DNA of 57,387 nucleotides from Christensenella sp. (lineage in GTDB: Bacteria; Bacillota; Clostridia; Christensenellales; CAG-138), in contig JAYFPQ010000085.1 of NCBI GenBank assembly GCA_034927595.1, positions 1-57,387 of the forward strand, given 5' to 3'. Numbering within the stretch: the stretch's first letter is position 1; every line of letters begins with the position of its first letter. Below, one piece after another: positions 27,116 through 37,338 of the stretch. Below the pieces are notes generated by a model. That model did not search any database and was not told where the DNA came from. It was given only the letters and a program-made list of their open reading frames with translations. The position numbers were made by a program, and so were the translations under genes.

Positions 27116-28789
27116 ATGATGTACAATTTGCTGATTGGGGGCGCTGCCGGTCAGGGCATTGAGACCATGGCAGCCATACTGGAAAAGCTGCTCAAGCGTT
27201 CCGGTTACTATGTGTTTACCGTTCGAGACTTCATGTCGCGCGTGCGCGGTGGGCATAACTTTTCGTTGATTCGGTTTGACACCGCCCCGGTGTACTCGCA
27301 CAGCAGCAGCCTCGACGGCATCCTAGCGATGGACGATGAGACGGTTTTGGAGCACCTGGGTCAGCTTAAGGAAGACGGGTTTCTTCTTTGCGATCAAAAG
27401 GTGTCCGCCAACGATCCGCGCGCGATGCAGTTTGACTTGGCTGGAATGGCAAAGACGTTAGGCAATCCGCGGGTCGCGGGTATCCTCGCGGTTGGCATCG
27501 TTTTGAAATTGTTCGGGGAGACGCTGGACGGCGCGGAGGAGGTGCTCCGTGCGTTTGTCAAACAGCAGTATCTCGAAATCAACGTCAAGGCGCTGCAGGC
27601 GGGGTATCAGATTGCGCAGGCCCGCTATGCGCATCAGAGCGGAAGCTATCAGGACTGGATGCTGGTTTCCGGCAGCCATGCGGTCGCGCTCGGCGCGGCT
27701 GCGGCGGGGCTGCGGTTTTACTCCGCCTATCCCATGTCGCCTTCGACTTCCATCATGGAGACGCTGGCGGCGCTGGGCGACGAGGCGGGGCTGGTGGTCG
27801 AGCAGGCGGAGGACGAGATTGCCGCAATCAACATGGCAATTGGCGCCTCGTTTGCGGGCGCGCGGGCGATGACGGGCACATCCGGCGGCGGGTTCTCGCT
27901 CATGGTAGAGGCGCTGGGGCTTTCCGGCATGGCGGAGATACCGCTCGTGGTCATCGACGTGCAGCGTCCCGGCCCCGTAACGGGGCTTCCAACGCGCACG
28001 GAGCAGAGCGATCTGCGGTTCGTAATCTCTGCGTCGCAGGGGGAATTCCCGCGGATGGTCATCGCGCTGCGGAACCAAACCGATGCGTTTTATCAAACCA
28101 TGCGCGCGTTTCATCTGGCGGAAGCCTATCAGATTCCGGTGATCTTGCTCAGCGATCAATATCTGGGCGACGCAACCGCTACCGTGGAACCGTTTGATCC
28201 GAATCGAATTCAAGTGGCGAATTCCGCGAGCGAACACAGCGGAAAAGGCGAGTATCTGCGGTATCGGTACACCGGAAACGGAATCTCCCCGCGCTTGATT
28301 CCGGGCACGACAAAACACCTCGTCACCGCGGACAGCGACGAACACGACGAGCGCGGCTGGATTACGGAATCCGCCGAGGTGCGCACCAAGATGATGGATA
28401 AGCGCATGAAGAAGCTGGATGGAATTCGCGGCGAACTGCAGGAGCCGGAATTCATCGGCGAGGAAGGCTGCGACACGCTTCTGCTCGGCTGGGGCTCGAC
28501 CTGGGGCCCGATTACGGAGGCAATCAAGCTGCTCAACGGTGCGGGCGACCGGCGCTGCGCCGCGCTGGTATTTGGGGACGTCTACCCGCTGCCGCAAAAA
28601 CGGCTGCTTGAACATGCACCAAAGGCCAAGCACATCATCAACGTGGAACAGAACGCAACCGGGCAGCTCGCAGGGCTGATTCGCGAACAAACGGGAATCG
28701 CGTGCACCGGCAGCATTCTAAAATACGACGGCAGGCAGATTTCTGCCGAAGAGATCGTGAGCAGCGTTCAAAAGGAGGAGTCGAAATGA
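27116..28789 (+). CDS. korA: 2-oxoacid:ferredoxin oxidoreductase alpha subunit (with fused gamma domain)
   Basis: GGAAGQG, SRVRGG, YPMSP, QAEDEIAA, TSGGG, QRPGPVTGLPT. Confidence 0.92.
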   Translation: MMYNLLIGGAAGQGIETMAAILEKLLKRSGYYVFTVRDFMSRVRGGHNFSLIRFDTAPVYSHSSSLDGILAMDDETVLEHLGQLKEDGFLLCDQKVSANDPRAMQFDLAGMAKTLGNPRVAGILAVGIVLKLFGETLDGAEEVLRAFVKQQYLEINVKALQAGYQIAQARYAHQSGSYQDWMLVSGSHAVALGAAAAGLRFYSAYPMSPSTSIMETLAALGDEAGLVVEQAEDEIAAINMAIGASFAGARAMTGTSGGGFSLMVEALGLSGMAEIPLVVIDVQRPGPVTGLPTRTEQSDLRFVISASQGEFPRMVIALRNQTDAFYQTMRAFHLAEAYQIPVILLSDQYLGDATATVEPFDPNRIQVANSASEHSGKGEYLRYRYTGNGISPRLIPGTTKHLVTADSDEHDERGWITESAEVRTKMMDKRMKKLDGIRGELQEPEFIGEEGCDTLLLGWGSTWGPITEAIKLLNGAGDRRCAALVFGDVYPLPQKRLLEHAPKAKHIINVEQNATGQLAGLIREQTGIACTGSILKYDGRQISAEEIVSSVQKEESK

Positions 28790-29637
28790 GTACGGAATCG
28801 TTTTGCACCTACGAAACCGCCTGGTGCCCGGGTTGCGGAAATTTTGTGATTCTCGAGTGCCTGAAAACCGCTCTGGAACAACTGGGCAAGGAACCCTCGG
28901 ACGTTCTGCTGGCGGCCGGGATCGGGCAGGCGGCTAAAACGCCGCAGTACCTGAGCGCAAACGCGTTTTGCGGACTCCACGGACGCTCGCTTCCGGCTGC
29001 GATTGCGGCGAAGATTGCCAACGAGTCGCTCACGGTCATCGTCAACACCGGCGACGGAGACTCCTACGGCGAGGGCGGCAATCACTTTGTGCACAACATC
29101 CGCAGAAACGTAGACATTACGCATTTTGTGCACGACAATCAGATCTACGGCCTGACCAAGGGACAGGCGTCGCCCACCTCCCTTTTTGGCATGGTGACTG
29201 GCGTGCAGACCGACGGCAATATCAGCGAGCCGCTGAATCCGGTGCTGCTGGCAATTGCCTGCGGCGCGGGGTTTGTCGCGCGGGGCTTTACGGGGCACAA
29301 GGCGCAGCTGATTGAACTCATGAAACAGGCGATTTCCTACAAGGGGTATGCGCTGGTCGACATTTTGCAGCCCTGCATCAGCTTTAATAAAATCAACACA
29401 TTTGGCTGGTACAACGAACGCGTTTACGAACTGGGGGATGCTTACGACCCGCAAAACAAGGCGGCCGCGATGCAAAAGGCGTTGGAGTTTGACGACAAGA
29501 TTCCACTCGGCATTTTATACCGCGAGGAGAAGAGCACCTTCCACCAGAAAAACGCCGTCCTTCAGCAGGGAACGCCCTTGCTGGAAAGAAAGACGGACTC
29601 AAACGTGCTGAAAAGGCTCATCGCATCGTATATTTGA
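28786..29637 (+). CDS. korB: 2-oxoacid:ferredoxin oxidoreductase beta subunit (TPP-binding)
   Basis: WCPGCG, LHGR, GDGD...NQIYGLTKGQ, LQPC; ATGA overlap with alpha. Confidence 0.93.
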   Translation: MSTESFCTYETAWCPGCGNFVILECLKTALEQLGKEPSDVLLAAGIGQAAKTPQYLSANAFCGLHGRSLPAAIAAKIANESLTVIVNTGDGDSYGEGGNHFVHNIRRNVDITHFVHDNQIYGLTKGQASPTSLFGMVTGVQTDGNISEPLNPVLLAIACGAGFVARGFTGHKAQLIELMKQAISYKGYALVDILQPCISFNKINTFGWYNERVYELGDAYDPQNKAAAMQKALEFDDKIPLGILYREEKSTFHQKNAVLQQGTPLLERKTDSNVLKRLIASYI

Positions 29638-29699
29638 GCCGGAGCGGGATACACAGCAGCAACGCGTATAGAACAATATGCTGATTGCATACGAGAAAC

Positions 29700-29736
29700 A
29701 AACCAAAAGGCCACCAATTGGTGGCCTTTTGGTTTG
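29700..29736. terminator. Bidirectional terminator
   Basis: AAACCAAAAGGCCACC-AATT-GGTGGCCTTTTGGTTT. Confidence 0.8.
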
Positions 29737-29951
29737 CTCGTGATACCCCGGCAATGCTGCCGGGTCGCATCGATCGGAAAAATGCTGCGCAATTCGTTGA
29801 GTATACCCGGTCAAAAGGAGGAAGAAAGCCAAATCATGCGCATACATCTTGGAATGCAGGATTTTGCGGAGCAGCCGTTTTTTCACACAGCAACGCGCAA
29901 AGCTTCGAACATTTGCGGAAACCACGCTGCTGCGAAAGGCTGCCGTTTCGC

Positions 29952-30902
29952 TCAGTTGGTATCCGCGCAGAGCGGGCCGGCCAGTTCCTGCATGAAGAAC
30001 AGCTTGCCCGGCATGGTCGGGATAAAGCTGGAGGTGATGCAGGTGGTTGGGCCATAGCGAAGCGTCATCCAGAAGGACATACCCTGCCACTGCATGCCGC
30101 GCGCGAACACGCCGTCCGCTCCGCCGATGATGTAGTCGGACTGGAAGATGATGCCCGGGCCAATTGTATTGGCGTAGCAGGGGATCAGCGCGTAGTTGCT
30201 GCGAAAGCTCGTCAACGCGTTCTGCTCAATCGTCAGCGGATGCAGGCGCGCGCCAACACGATGGGTCGCGGCCATCCAGTCGGCCTGGGTTGCATAGTCC
30301 TTGGCAAAGTGCGGTTCCCAGAACGCAATGTGGCAAACCCGGCCAATGCCGAACACCAGCACCTGCTTGGCGCCCTTTTCCTTGAGTGCGGCAATCTGCT
30401 CGGCATAGCGCGGCAGTTCGTCGCGCGTGGCAAAGTGCCGCTGCGATTCCGGAACGGTCAGCTCGCCAAGCGGCCCGTAGAACGCGCCGAGCATTGCGTT
30501 TTGAAACGCGGCGGGATCGCTCGCGGGCAGCGTGTTGCCCTGCTCGTCGGACCACTCGTCCATGTTGAACCCGTGCACGTGTTTGCAGTCCACGTTCCAT
30601 TCCTTCAGGAAGTACACGGCCCACTTATACATGCCCATCGGCCCGACCGGAAGAATCAGAATCAAATCGTGCTTTGCTTCCTTGGCCAGCCGAATCTGCC
30701 AGGCGATCTCGTGTCCCATATACGCGCCGAACTCTTCGAGATTCTCGCAGGATACCGGGCGAAAATCCTTGTTCCAGAACGGCTGGGGCTGCAATACGTC
30801 CTCGGGTTTGTTGGAGCAACAGTCGCGAATTCGGGCGATATCCCAACCGGCGGGGAATATCGTTTCGAAGTACGAACCGTGCAGCGTGCTTAACATGTCC
30901 AT
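29952..30902 (-). CDS. Divergent glucosamine-6-phosphate isomerase/deaminase (NagB-like)
   Basis: LPVGP, FNMDEW, FGIGRVCHIAFWEP, ANTIGP; GAGGAGG before ATG 30902. Confidence 0.8.
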   Translation of the reverse strand: MDMLSTLHGSYFETIFPAGWDIARIRDCCSNKPEDVLQPQPFWNKDFRPVSCENLEEFGAYMGHEIAWQIRLAKEAKHDLILILPVGPMGMYKWAVYFLKEWNVDCKHVHGFNMDEWSDEQGNTLPASDPAAFQNAMLGAFYGPLGELTVPESQRHFATRDELPRYAEQIAALKEKGAKQVLVFGIGRVCHIAFWEPHFAKDYATQADWMAATHRVGARLHPLTIEQNALTSFRSNYALIPCYANTIGPGIIFQSDYIIGGADGVFARGMQWQGMSFWMTLRYGPTTCITSSFIPTMPGKLFFMQELAGPLCADTN

Positions 30903-30992
30903 GGCAGAGGCCTCCTCGTTTTTTTGAATATTGGAGTAAGCGGCGCGAATGTCCGCGTGGGGTTGACGAAACGCGAAGAATGGAATAAATAA

Positions 30993-31013
30993 TAATGTCA
31001 CTGGAGGAATTAA
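30993..31013. promoter_or_regulatory. Candidate ROK operator (copy 1)
   Basis: TAATGTCACTGGAGGAATTAA, similar to 38777..38797. Confidence 0.55.
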
Positions 31014-31017
31014 TCGT

Positions 31018-31046
31018 ATTATGAGCGCTAATATCCGGTTTGTCAA
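31018..31046 (-). promoter_or_regulatory. sigma70/SigA-like promoter for NagB-like gene
   Basis: Minus strand TTGACA-N17-CATAAT. Confidence 0.65.
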
Positions 31047-31177
31047 CGTTTTTTGAAGAAGCAAAAATGCAACGTCAAGCGAACCCACTCTTGACGGCGC
31101 CTATGCCTGCGGTTAGAATGAACACGCACGAGTTCGATTGGACGTTTAAAAAATCCGCATCGGAGGGCAAAATCTGC

Positions 31178-32533
31178 ATGAAGACGAGTTTTCGCTCCAT
31201 CGTTATCACCGCGCCAATCGGCGTTCCGCTAGCGGGAAACGGGCGGGAGGATTCGCGTTCGCGCGGCGTCCACGACGATCTTTGCGCGAATTTTGCCTAT
31301 GTCGAGAGCGGGGAGCAGCGTCATCTCTTCATCGGGCTGGACCTGCTGGGGCTCAAGCGCGGCGAAGCGGACGCGATTAAACAACGCGTTTTTGCGAGCT
31401 GCGGCATCGCGCCCGAACAGATCACCATTTTTGCGACGCACACGCACAGCGGCCCGAACACGCTGGAGATCTTTCGCTCGTTTCTAACGCGGGAGGACCT
31501 CGCGGCCTGCGGCGAATATTGCGCCTGGCTGGTGGAACGAATATCCTCTGTGGTGCCGGAGCTGGTGGCCTCGGCGGCGGAGTCCCAACTGGCGATTGGC
31601 AGCGACGTGGTGGAGGGGTACTCGTTTAACCGACGCGTCATCCTGAACGACGGCACGCTCAAAATGGTGTTTGAAGACTACGACCGCGCGCAGATTGCGC
31701 GGCTTGCCGGGACAAACGGCGACCCGGTGATGCACGTATTTGCGTTTGCGGACTTGCAGGATCGGGTCCGGGGCGTGATCGTTCGCTTTACCAGCCATCC
31801 GGCAATCGTGTGCGGCGAGGACTGGCTCTACACGAGGGATTATGTTAATGCGCTCACCGTCGCGCTTCAGCGGCGGTATGGGCCGGAGCTGGTCGTGCTG
31901 TATGCCAACGGCGCGCAGGGAAATCAGGTTGCGTCCGATCCCTACGGGCCGTTTGTAACGGGCTTTGCCGAGGCGGACCGCGTTGGAAGAGGGCTTGCGC
32001 AGGGCGCAATTCAAATCATCGACCGGCTGCTGCTTCGGCGTGCGTTCCGGCGGGAAGCAGAACTGTCCGCGGCAACGGCGCGGCTGACATTGCCCATCCG
32101 GCGCATTTCGCCGGAGGAACGCGAGCGCGCTTTGGCGGTCATTCGCGACGCGGAACATGGAACGGGCGCGCAGCTGCACGGACTTGACCCGCGCGTCGAG
32201 GCGGAGAGCATTCTCGAGATGGCGGACAAGGGACAGGACAGTGATGAGACGCTGATTCAGACCATACGGCTTGGCGGCGCGCTGATATTGACGTTTCCGG
32301 GCGAGGTATTTCTGGAGCATGCGCAGAGCGCGTTGCGCGGACTGCCGGTGGAATCGGCCATGGTCTTTGGCCTTGCGAACGACTATGTCGGCTACATTCC
32401 GACGCGGGAGGCGTTCGCGGAGGGCGGATATGAGGTGAAAACCTCGTTCGTGTCCAGCCGGTTTGATCCATCGGCGGGCGAACGGCTGGTTTCGGCCTGC
32501 CGGGCGCTGGCGACGGAACTGCTGGCGCGTTGA
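31178..32533 (+). CDS. Neutral/alkaline ceramidase-like amidohydrolase
   Basis: ITAP...LAG, GVHDDL, ATHTHSGP, FNRR, SHP, NGAQGN, FPGE, ANDYVGYIPT, GGYE. Confidence 0.8.
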   Translation: MKTSFRSIVITAPIGVPLAGNGREDSRSRGVHDDLCANFAYVESGEQRHLFIGLDLLGLKRGEADAIKQRVFASCGIAPEQITIFATHTHSGPNTLEIFRSFLTREDLAACGEYCAWLVERISSVVPELVASAAESQLAIGSDVVEGYSFNRRVILNDGTLKMVFEDYDRAQIARLAGTNGDPVMHVFAFADLQDRVRGVIVRFTSHPAIVCGEDWLYTRDYVNALTVALQRRYGPELVVLYANGAQGNQVASDPYGPFVTGFAEADRVGRGLAQGAIQIIDRLLLRRAFRREAELSAATARLTLPIRRISPEERERALAVIRDAEHGTGAQLHGLDPRVEAESILEMADKGQDSDETLIQTIRLGGALILTFPGEVFLEHAQSALRGLPVESAMVFGLANDYVGYIPTREAFAEGGYEVKTSFVSSRFDPSAGERLVSACRALATELLAR

Positions 32534-32561
32534 TTCGACGAACTTGAAACGAGAGCGACAA

Positions 32562-32592
32562 AAAGCGAGCAGCCCGTCGGGCTGCTCGCTTT
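32562..32592. terminator. Bidirectional terminator
   Basis: AAAGCGAGCAGCCC-GTC-GGGCTGCTCGCTTT. Confidence 0.8.
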
Positions 32593-32671
32593 GATGTTGC
32601 ATTGAACTTGGAATCAAATCCGCTCAGGATTACTCGTTTTGATGTTGGAATGATTGCTGAATTGAATGCGC

Positions 32672-33904
32672 TCAGGACTGCTCGTTTTTAAAGATTTCGT
32701 CCATACTCATCATGACGGCGGAGCGGCGGAGTGTCTCAAAATCGCCGGAAGACGCTTCAATTGCGACGTCCTGCGCATGGAGCAAGCGAAACTGACTGTG
32801 AATCGTCTTTCGCACCATGTCGAGGAAGCCTTCGCCGAGCATGGTGATGGAGCCGCCAATGTGAATCACGTGGACGTCGTAGAGGTTGATCGCGCTGACC
32901 AGCCCGCAGCAGAGCGCATAGACATAGTCGTTCAAGACCTCCAGAACCGCCGGTTCGTGCGCGAGGAAGCGCGTGGCCACTTCGCGCATGGCGATTTCGT
33001 TGATCTGCGCGGCAAAGCAGTCGTTGTAGGTCAGGTGAAGTCCGGCGCGTTCGTTCAGCGCGCGAAACAGCGCGGCGGTGGAACAGATGCTCTCGAGGCA
33101 GCCGCGGTTGGAGCAGCGGCACATCGGTCCGTTACGGTCCACGATGATATGGCCGATCTCCAACGAAAAGCACTGCGCGGGGTCCTTGTGCGCGTCGCCC
33201 AACACAACGCCGGCGCTGATGCCTTCGTCAATGTTGATGGCCAGCACGCGCTTTCCGGGGGAGTAGTCGTCCGAACTGTACTCCATAAACGCGAGTACGC
33301 TCGTGTTGTTGCTCATGAGCACGCGCGAGTCGGGGAATTTTTCACGCAGCTGCGCAACCAGATCCGCCTCGGTGAGTTCCTCGGCGGGAATGACGGCAGA
33401 AAACTGGATGCAGCCGGTTTCCGCGTCGAAGATGCCGGGAAAGATCACGTGAATTCCGATCAGTCGATACATGGGTATACGTTTTGCCTTGAGCAGCTTC
33501 TTGATCTCCGCGGAGATCTGCTCGCTCGTATGCGTAGCTCCGTGAATGCGAACGCTGCCGAGCTTACGGAAGCAAATGTCGTAAAGCGAACAGATGAAGC
33601 TGTGGCTGATGATTTCTACCGTCGCAATGCAGCCGCCCGCCGCGTTGACCTCGAGCATAATCGGCTTTCGCCCGCGCATGGTGGACGCGCCTGCGCCCGT
33701 TTCGCGAATCCATTTGTTCTGAATCAGCTCGTCCACGAGCATGGAGACGGTGGTTGGCGAAAGATTGGTTTGGGTTGCCAGCGTCGCGCGCGAAGTAGGC
33801 ATTGTCTTGCGAATGATATTAAAGAGCAGCATGGTGTTGCTCGCTTTAATCTTTTGCTGCGAGAAGTTCGTCGGTGCTTTATCGGCGACGATTGGATGAA
33901 TCAT
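32672..33904 (-). CDS. ROK-family transcriptional regulator
   Basis: SRATLATQTNLSPTTVS HTH, GRKP, EIGH, CRCSNRGCLE. Confidence 0.92.
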   Translation of the reverse strand: MIHPIVADKAPTNFSQQKIKASNTMLLFNIIRKTMPTSRATLATQTNLSPTTVSMLVDELIQNKWIRETGAGASTMRGRKPIMLEVNAAGGCIATVEIISHSFICSLYDICFRKLGSVRIHGATHTSEQISAEIKKLLKAKRIPMYRLIGIHVIFPGIFDAETGCIQFSAVIPAEELTEADLVAQLREKFPDSRVLMSNNTSVLAFMEYSSDDYSPGKRVLAINIDEGISAGVVLGDAHKDPAQCFSLEIGHIIVDRNGPMCRCSNRGCLESICSTAALFRALNERAGLHLTYNDCFAAQINEIAMREVATRFLAHEPAVLEVLNDYVYALCCGLVSAINLYDVHVIHIGGSITMLGEGFLDMVRKTIHSQFRLLHAQDVAIEASSGDFETLRRSAVMMSMDEIFKNEQS

Positions 33905-34664
33905 AGGAACACCTCATTGCTTTTGCAGAATACAGATTACTCCATCGCACGAAATAATAATTGTGACATATGTTGTTAGTATTCTAGCATCAACAAAGGG
34001 CTTCTGGCAAGCGGCGCGTGGAAAAGCTTTTACCGGAAATCACGCAAATACGTCCTCTTTGCTGGTGGGCAAAACCGCCAATCGCGCTGCGGGACTGCGC
34101 GGATATCGCATCAAACCGCCGTTTCAGCCCAAAACGACGGGAAAATTGGCGTTTCTCGTTCAAAATTTGAAATTCGAATGGAAAAATTGCAATAAAAATA
34201 ATTCAGCGAAAAAAATAAAACAAGTTATAATACGAAATATGTCAATAAAAAGCCAGTAATATAGCACATAATAATAGTCCAAGAATATTATTAAAAAATG
34301 CAAAACACAAGAAATGCAAAATTTTATATTGATTTTTGAATATGGGTATTGTATCATGACATCAATCGAACTGCGATGCAGCACGCAAAGGCGCATGCAC
34401 GTATCAACTGGAAATATTCTCGTAAATCCTTAAAAAACATTCGGCATCGAAATCCAATTATCAGCAAACCGCGAAAACCAACGATCCCGCAAGCATTGCC
34501 GCGACGAACCGTAACATTGTTGTTACCCGCAATCGTGCAGCAAGTAGTTTTCGTTGCGTTTACAAAACCCCTCAAGCACAAAGCGGTCAAGCGCGAGCCC
34601 AAACAAACCGGTGATACAACATCAATACTGGTATGGTAAAACCGCCATCAAAGGAGTGAAAGCG

Positions 34665-35669
34665 ATGAGTGACCCCTGCGTATCCAAAGTGAGTTATTCC
34701 AATTCCGATTTTGCGAAAAAGGTATCCAATTTTACAAAAGAGAATATGGCGATCGTGGCGATTGTTCTAATGAGCGTTGTCTTCTCTTTTACGTCGCCCT
34801 ATTTCCTCTCCTGGGAGAACTGGAAGAACATCCTGCTTCAAACCTCTACGGTGTCCATTGCGGCCATGGGGCAGGCGATCGTTCTACTCACCGGTAACTT
34901 CGACCTGTCGCTCGGGCGCAACGTCGCATTCACCAGTTGTCTGGGCGCGGTTCTAATGAAAGGGCTCACCGCTGGTGCAGCGCAGATGAATCCGTGGCTT
35001 GCAATCGTCATCATGCTGCTGGCCGGAACGGCGATTGGCCTTGCCAACGGCGTGCTCACGGCGTATGCCGGTCTGCCGGCGTTTATCGCTACGCTGGGCT
35101 TGCAGAACATCTGCTACGGTATGGCGAAGGTCATTACAAACGCTACGCCGATTGCAACCTTCTCCGATCAGATTGCGTTCTTCGGCCGCGGCTATCTCGG
35201 CCCGATTCCGTACTGCGTCATCATCATGATTGCCCTGTATGTTGTAGCACAGTTTCTTTCGACCAAAACCCGGCTGGGCCGGAACATCTACGCGGTTGGC
35301 GGAAGCAAGGAAGCCGCGTTCTTCTCCGGCATCGACGTGAAGAAGTATACGTGCCTCGCGTTCGTCATCGCGGGATTGCTCGCTTCGTTCAGCGGCGTTG
35401 TGCTGATGAGCCGGTTGAACTCCGTCGCCATTACGAACGGCCAGAACTACGAGTTCGACGCGGTCATTGGTTCCATCATCGGCGGCATCAGCCTCGCGGG
35501 CGGCAAGGGCAAGATCATTGGCACCATGTTCGGTTCCATCTTCCTCATTACGCTGTTCAACGGCATGGCACAGATGCACGTAGACCCGTTCGTACAGGAC
35601 GTTCTTAAGGGCGTTGTACTGCTCGCGGCCATCGGTCTGGACGTGCTGCGCAACCGGAAACGCGCTTAA
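34665..35669 (+). CDS. Monosaccharide (RbsC-like) ABC permease
   Basis: FDLSLG, LPAFIATLG, YAVGGSKEAAFFSGI, YEFDAVIGSIIGG; AAGGAG RBS. Confidence 0.92.
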   Translation: MSDPCVSKVSYSNSDFAKKVSNFTKENMAIVAIVLMSVVFSFTSPYFLSWENWKNILLQTSTVSIAAMGQAIVLLTGNFDLSLGRNVAFTSCLGAVLMKGLTAGAAQMNPWLAIVIMLLAGTAIGLANGVLTAYAGLPAFIATLGLQNICYGMAKVITNATPIATFSDQIAFFGRGYLGPIPYCVIIMIALYVVAQFLSTKTRLGRNIYAVGGSKEAAFFSGIDVKKYTCLAFVIAGLLASFSGVVLMSRLNSVAITNGQNYEFDAVIGSIIGGISLAGGKGKIIGTMFGSIFLITLFNGMAQMHVDPFVQDVLKGVVLLAAIGLDVLRNRKRA

Positions 35670-35710
35670 TGGCGACGTTTTCTGAAGATCAAGAAAGGGC
35701 TGACAGCACG

Positions 35711-37192
35711 ATGGAGAAAGACTACATCCTGAGTATAGAGGGAACAAGCAAGTGCTTTCCAGGTGTAAAAGCGCTTGACTCGGTATCCTTTCAAATCGAG
35801 CGCGGCACCATTCATGCGCTGGTTGGCGAGAATGGAGCCGGAAAGAGCACGCTGATTAAGATTCTGGCGGGCATCTATCATGCGGAGGAGGGGAAAGTTC
35901 TCCTCAACGGAAACTGCGTGGAGTTCCGCACGCCCCATGAATCCCGCGCGGCCGGCATCGCGGTTGTCCATCAGGAAGTGAAGCTCGCGGAACCGCTCTC
36001 CGTAACCGAGAATCTGTTCGTCGGAAACCTGATTATGCGCGGACGTCTCGTGGACTGGAAAGAGATGCGCCGCCGCGCGCTGGAGACCATTCAGAACCTC
36101 GGCGTGGAGATCGACGTCGACGCGCCGGTCGAGACGCTGACCGTTGCGAAGAAGCAGATCGTTGAGATTTGCCGCGCGGTCAACATGAACTGCAAACTCC
36201 TGATCATGGACGAGCCCTCGGCAACGCTGACCGATCGCGAGCTGGACATTATGTTCGGAATCGTAAAGAAGCTCCGCTCGGAAGGTATTACGATCATCTA
36301 CATTTCGCATCGTCTGGACGAGGTGTTCAATCTGGCGGACAACGTTACCGTTCTGCGGGACGGCAAGCATGTTGCAACGCAGCCGGTTGCGGACGTCTCG
36401 CGCGAAAAGCTGATCTCGCTGATGGTTGGCCGCGAACTCGGACAGGAGTATCCCAAGATTGCCGCGGCGACCGGCGACGTAATCCTCGACGTAAAGAACC
36501 TCTGCCGCAGGGGCGTGCTGCACGACATCAGCTTTTCGGTTCGAAAAGGCGAGGTGCTCGGCATCTCCGGTCTGGTCGGCGCGGGACGCACCGAACTTGC
36601 GCGCGCCATATTGGGCATTGACCGAATCGACTCCGGCGAAATCTTCGTTCGCGGGAAAAAGGTGCATTATCGGTCCTTCCGTGAGGCGATTCACGACGGA
36701 TTGGGCTTGATTCCGGAGGATCGTAAGCTGCAGGGTTTGGTGCAGGTTTTCTCCGTAAAGCGCAACATCTGCATGGTGAGCCTCGATAAAATCATTCGCC
36801 ATGGCATTGTGCGCGAGAAACTCGAGACGAAGTATGCGGAGGAATACTCTAAGAAACTGCGCGTTGCAACGCCGACGCTGGACACCCAGGTGCAGTATCT
36901 CTCCGGCGGAAATCAGCAGAAGGTCGTCGTTGCAAAGTGGCTGCTCCAGAACAGCGATATTCTGTTTCTGGACGAGCCGACGCGCGGCATCGACGTTGGC
37001 GCGAAGGCGGAAATCTACGGGCTCATCAATGTGCTCGTGGAGCAGGGTAGAACCGTCATTATGATCTCGTCTGAAATGCCGGAGATTCTGGGCATGTGCG
37101 ACCGCATCGTCGTGCTGCACGAAGGCAAGAAGATGGGCGAACTGCTGCGCGAAGAGGCGACGCAGGAAAAGATCATGGCGCTCTGCGTATAA
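35711..37192 (+). CDS. Monosaccharide (RbsA-like) ABC ATP-binding protein
   Basis: GENGAGKST, MDEPS, LSGGNQQK, DEPTRGID. Confidence 0.93.
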   Translation: MEKDYILSIEGTSKCFPGVKALDSVSFQIERGTIHALVGENGAGKSTLIKILAGIYHAEEGKVLLNGNCVEFRTPHESRAAGIAVVHQEVKLAEPLSVTENLFVGNLIMRGRLVDWKEMRRRALETIQNLGVEIDVDAPVETLTVAKKQIVEICRAVNMNCKLLIMDEPSATLTDRELDIMFGIVKKLRSEGITIIYISHRLDEVFNLADNVTVLRDGKHVATQPVADVSREKLISLMVGRELGQEYPKIAAATGDVILDVKNLCRRGVLHDISFSVRKGEVLGISGLVGAGRTELARAILGIDRIDSGEIFVRGKKVHYRSFREAIHDGLGLIPEDRKLQGLVQVFSVKRNICMVSLDKIIRHGIVREKLETKYAEEYSKKLRVATPTLDTQVQYLSGGNQQKVVVAKWLLQNSDILFLDEPTRGIDVGAKAEIYGLINVLVEQGRTVIMISSEMPEILGMCDRIVVLHEGKKMGELLREEATQEKIMALCV

Positions 37193-37219
37193 GTATTAAT
37201 AGAAAAAACAACGTTATCT

Positions 37220-37332
37220 TACGGATTTAACGGGGAACGGTGAAAGCCAAAACATCAAGGAGGAGTCCCTACCTCCAAAAAACATACGGATTTAACGGGA
37301 AACTGTTAAAAATAAAACATCAAGGAGGAGTC
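37220..37332 (+). repeat. Tandem 48-bp imperfect direct repeat containing the SBP ribosome-binding site
   Basis: TACGGATTTAACGGG...AAAACATCAAGGAGGAGTC at 37220-37267 and 37285-37332. Confidence 0.85.
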
Positions 37333-37338
37333 TCTAAC

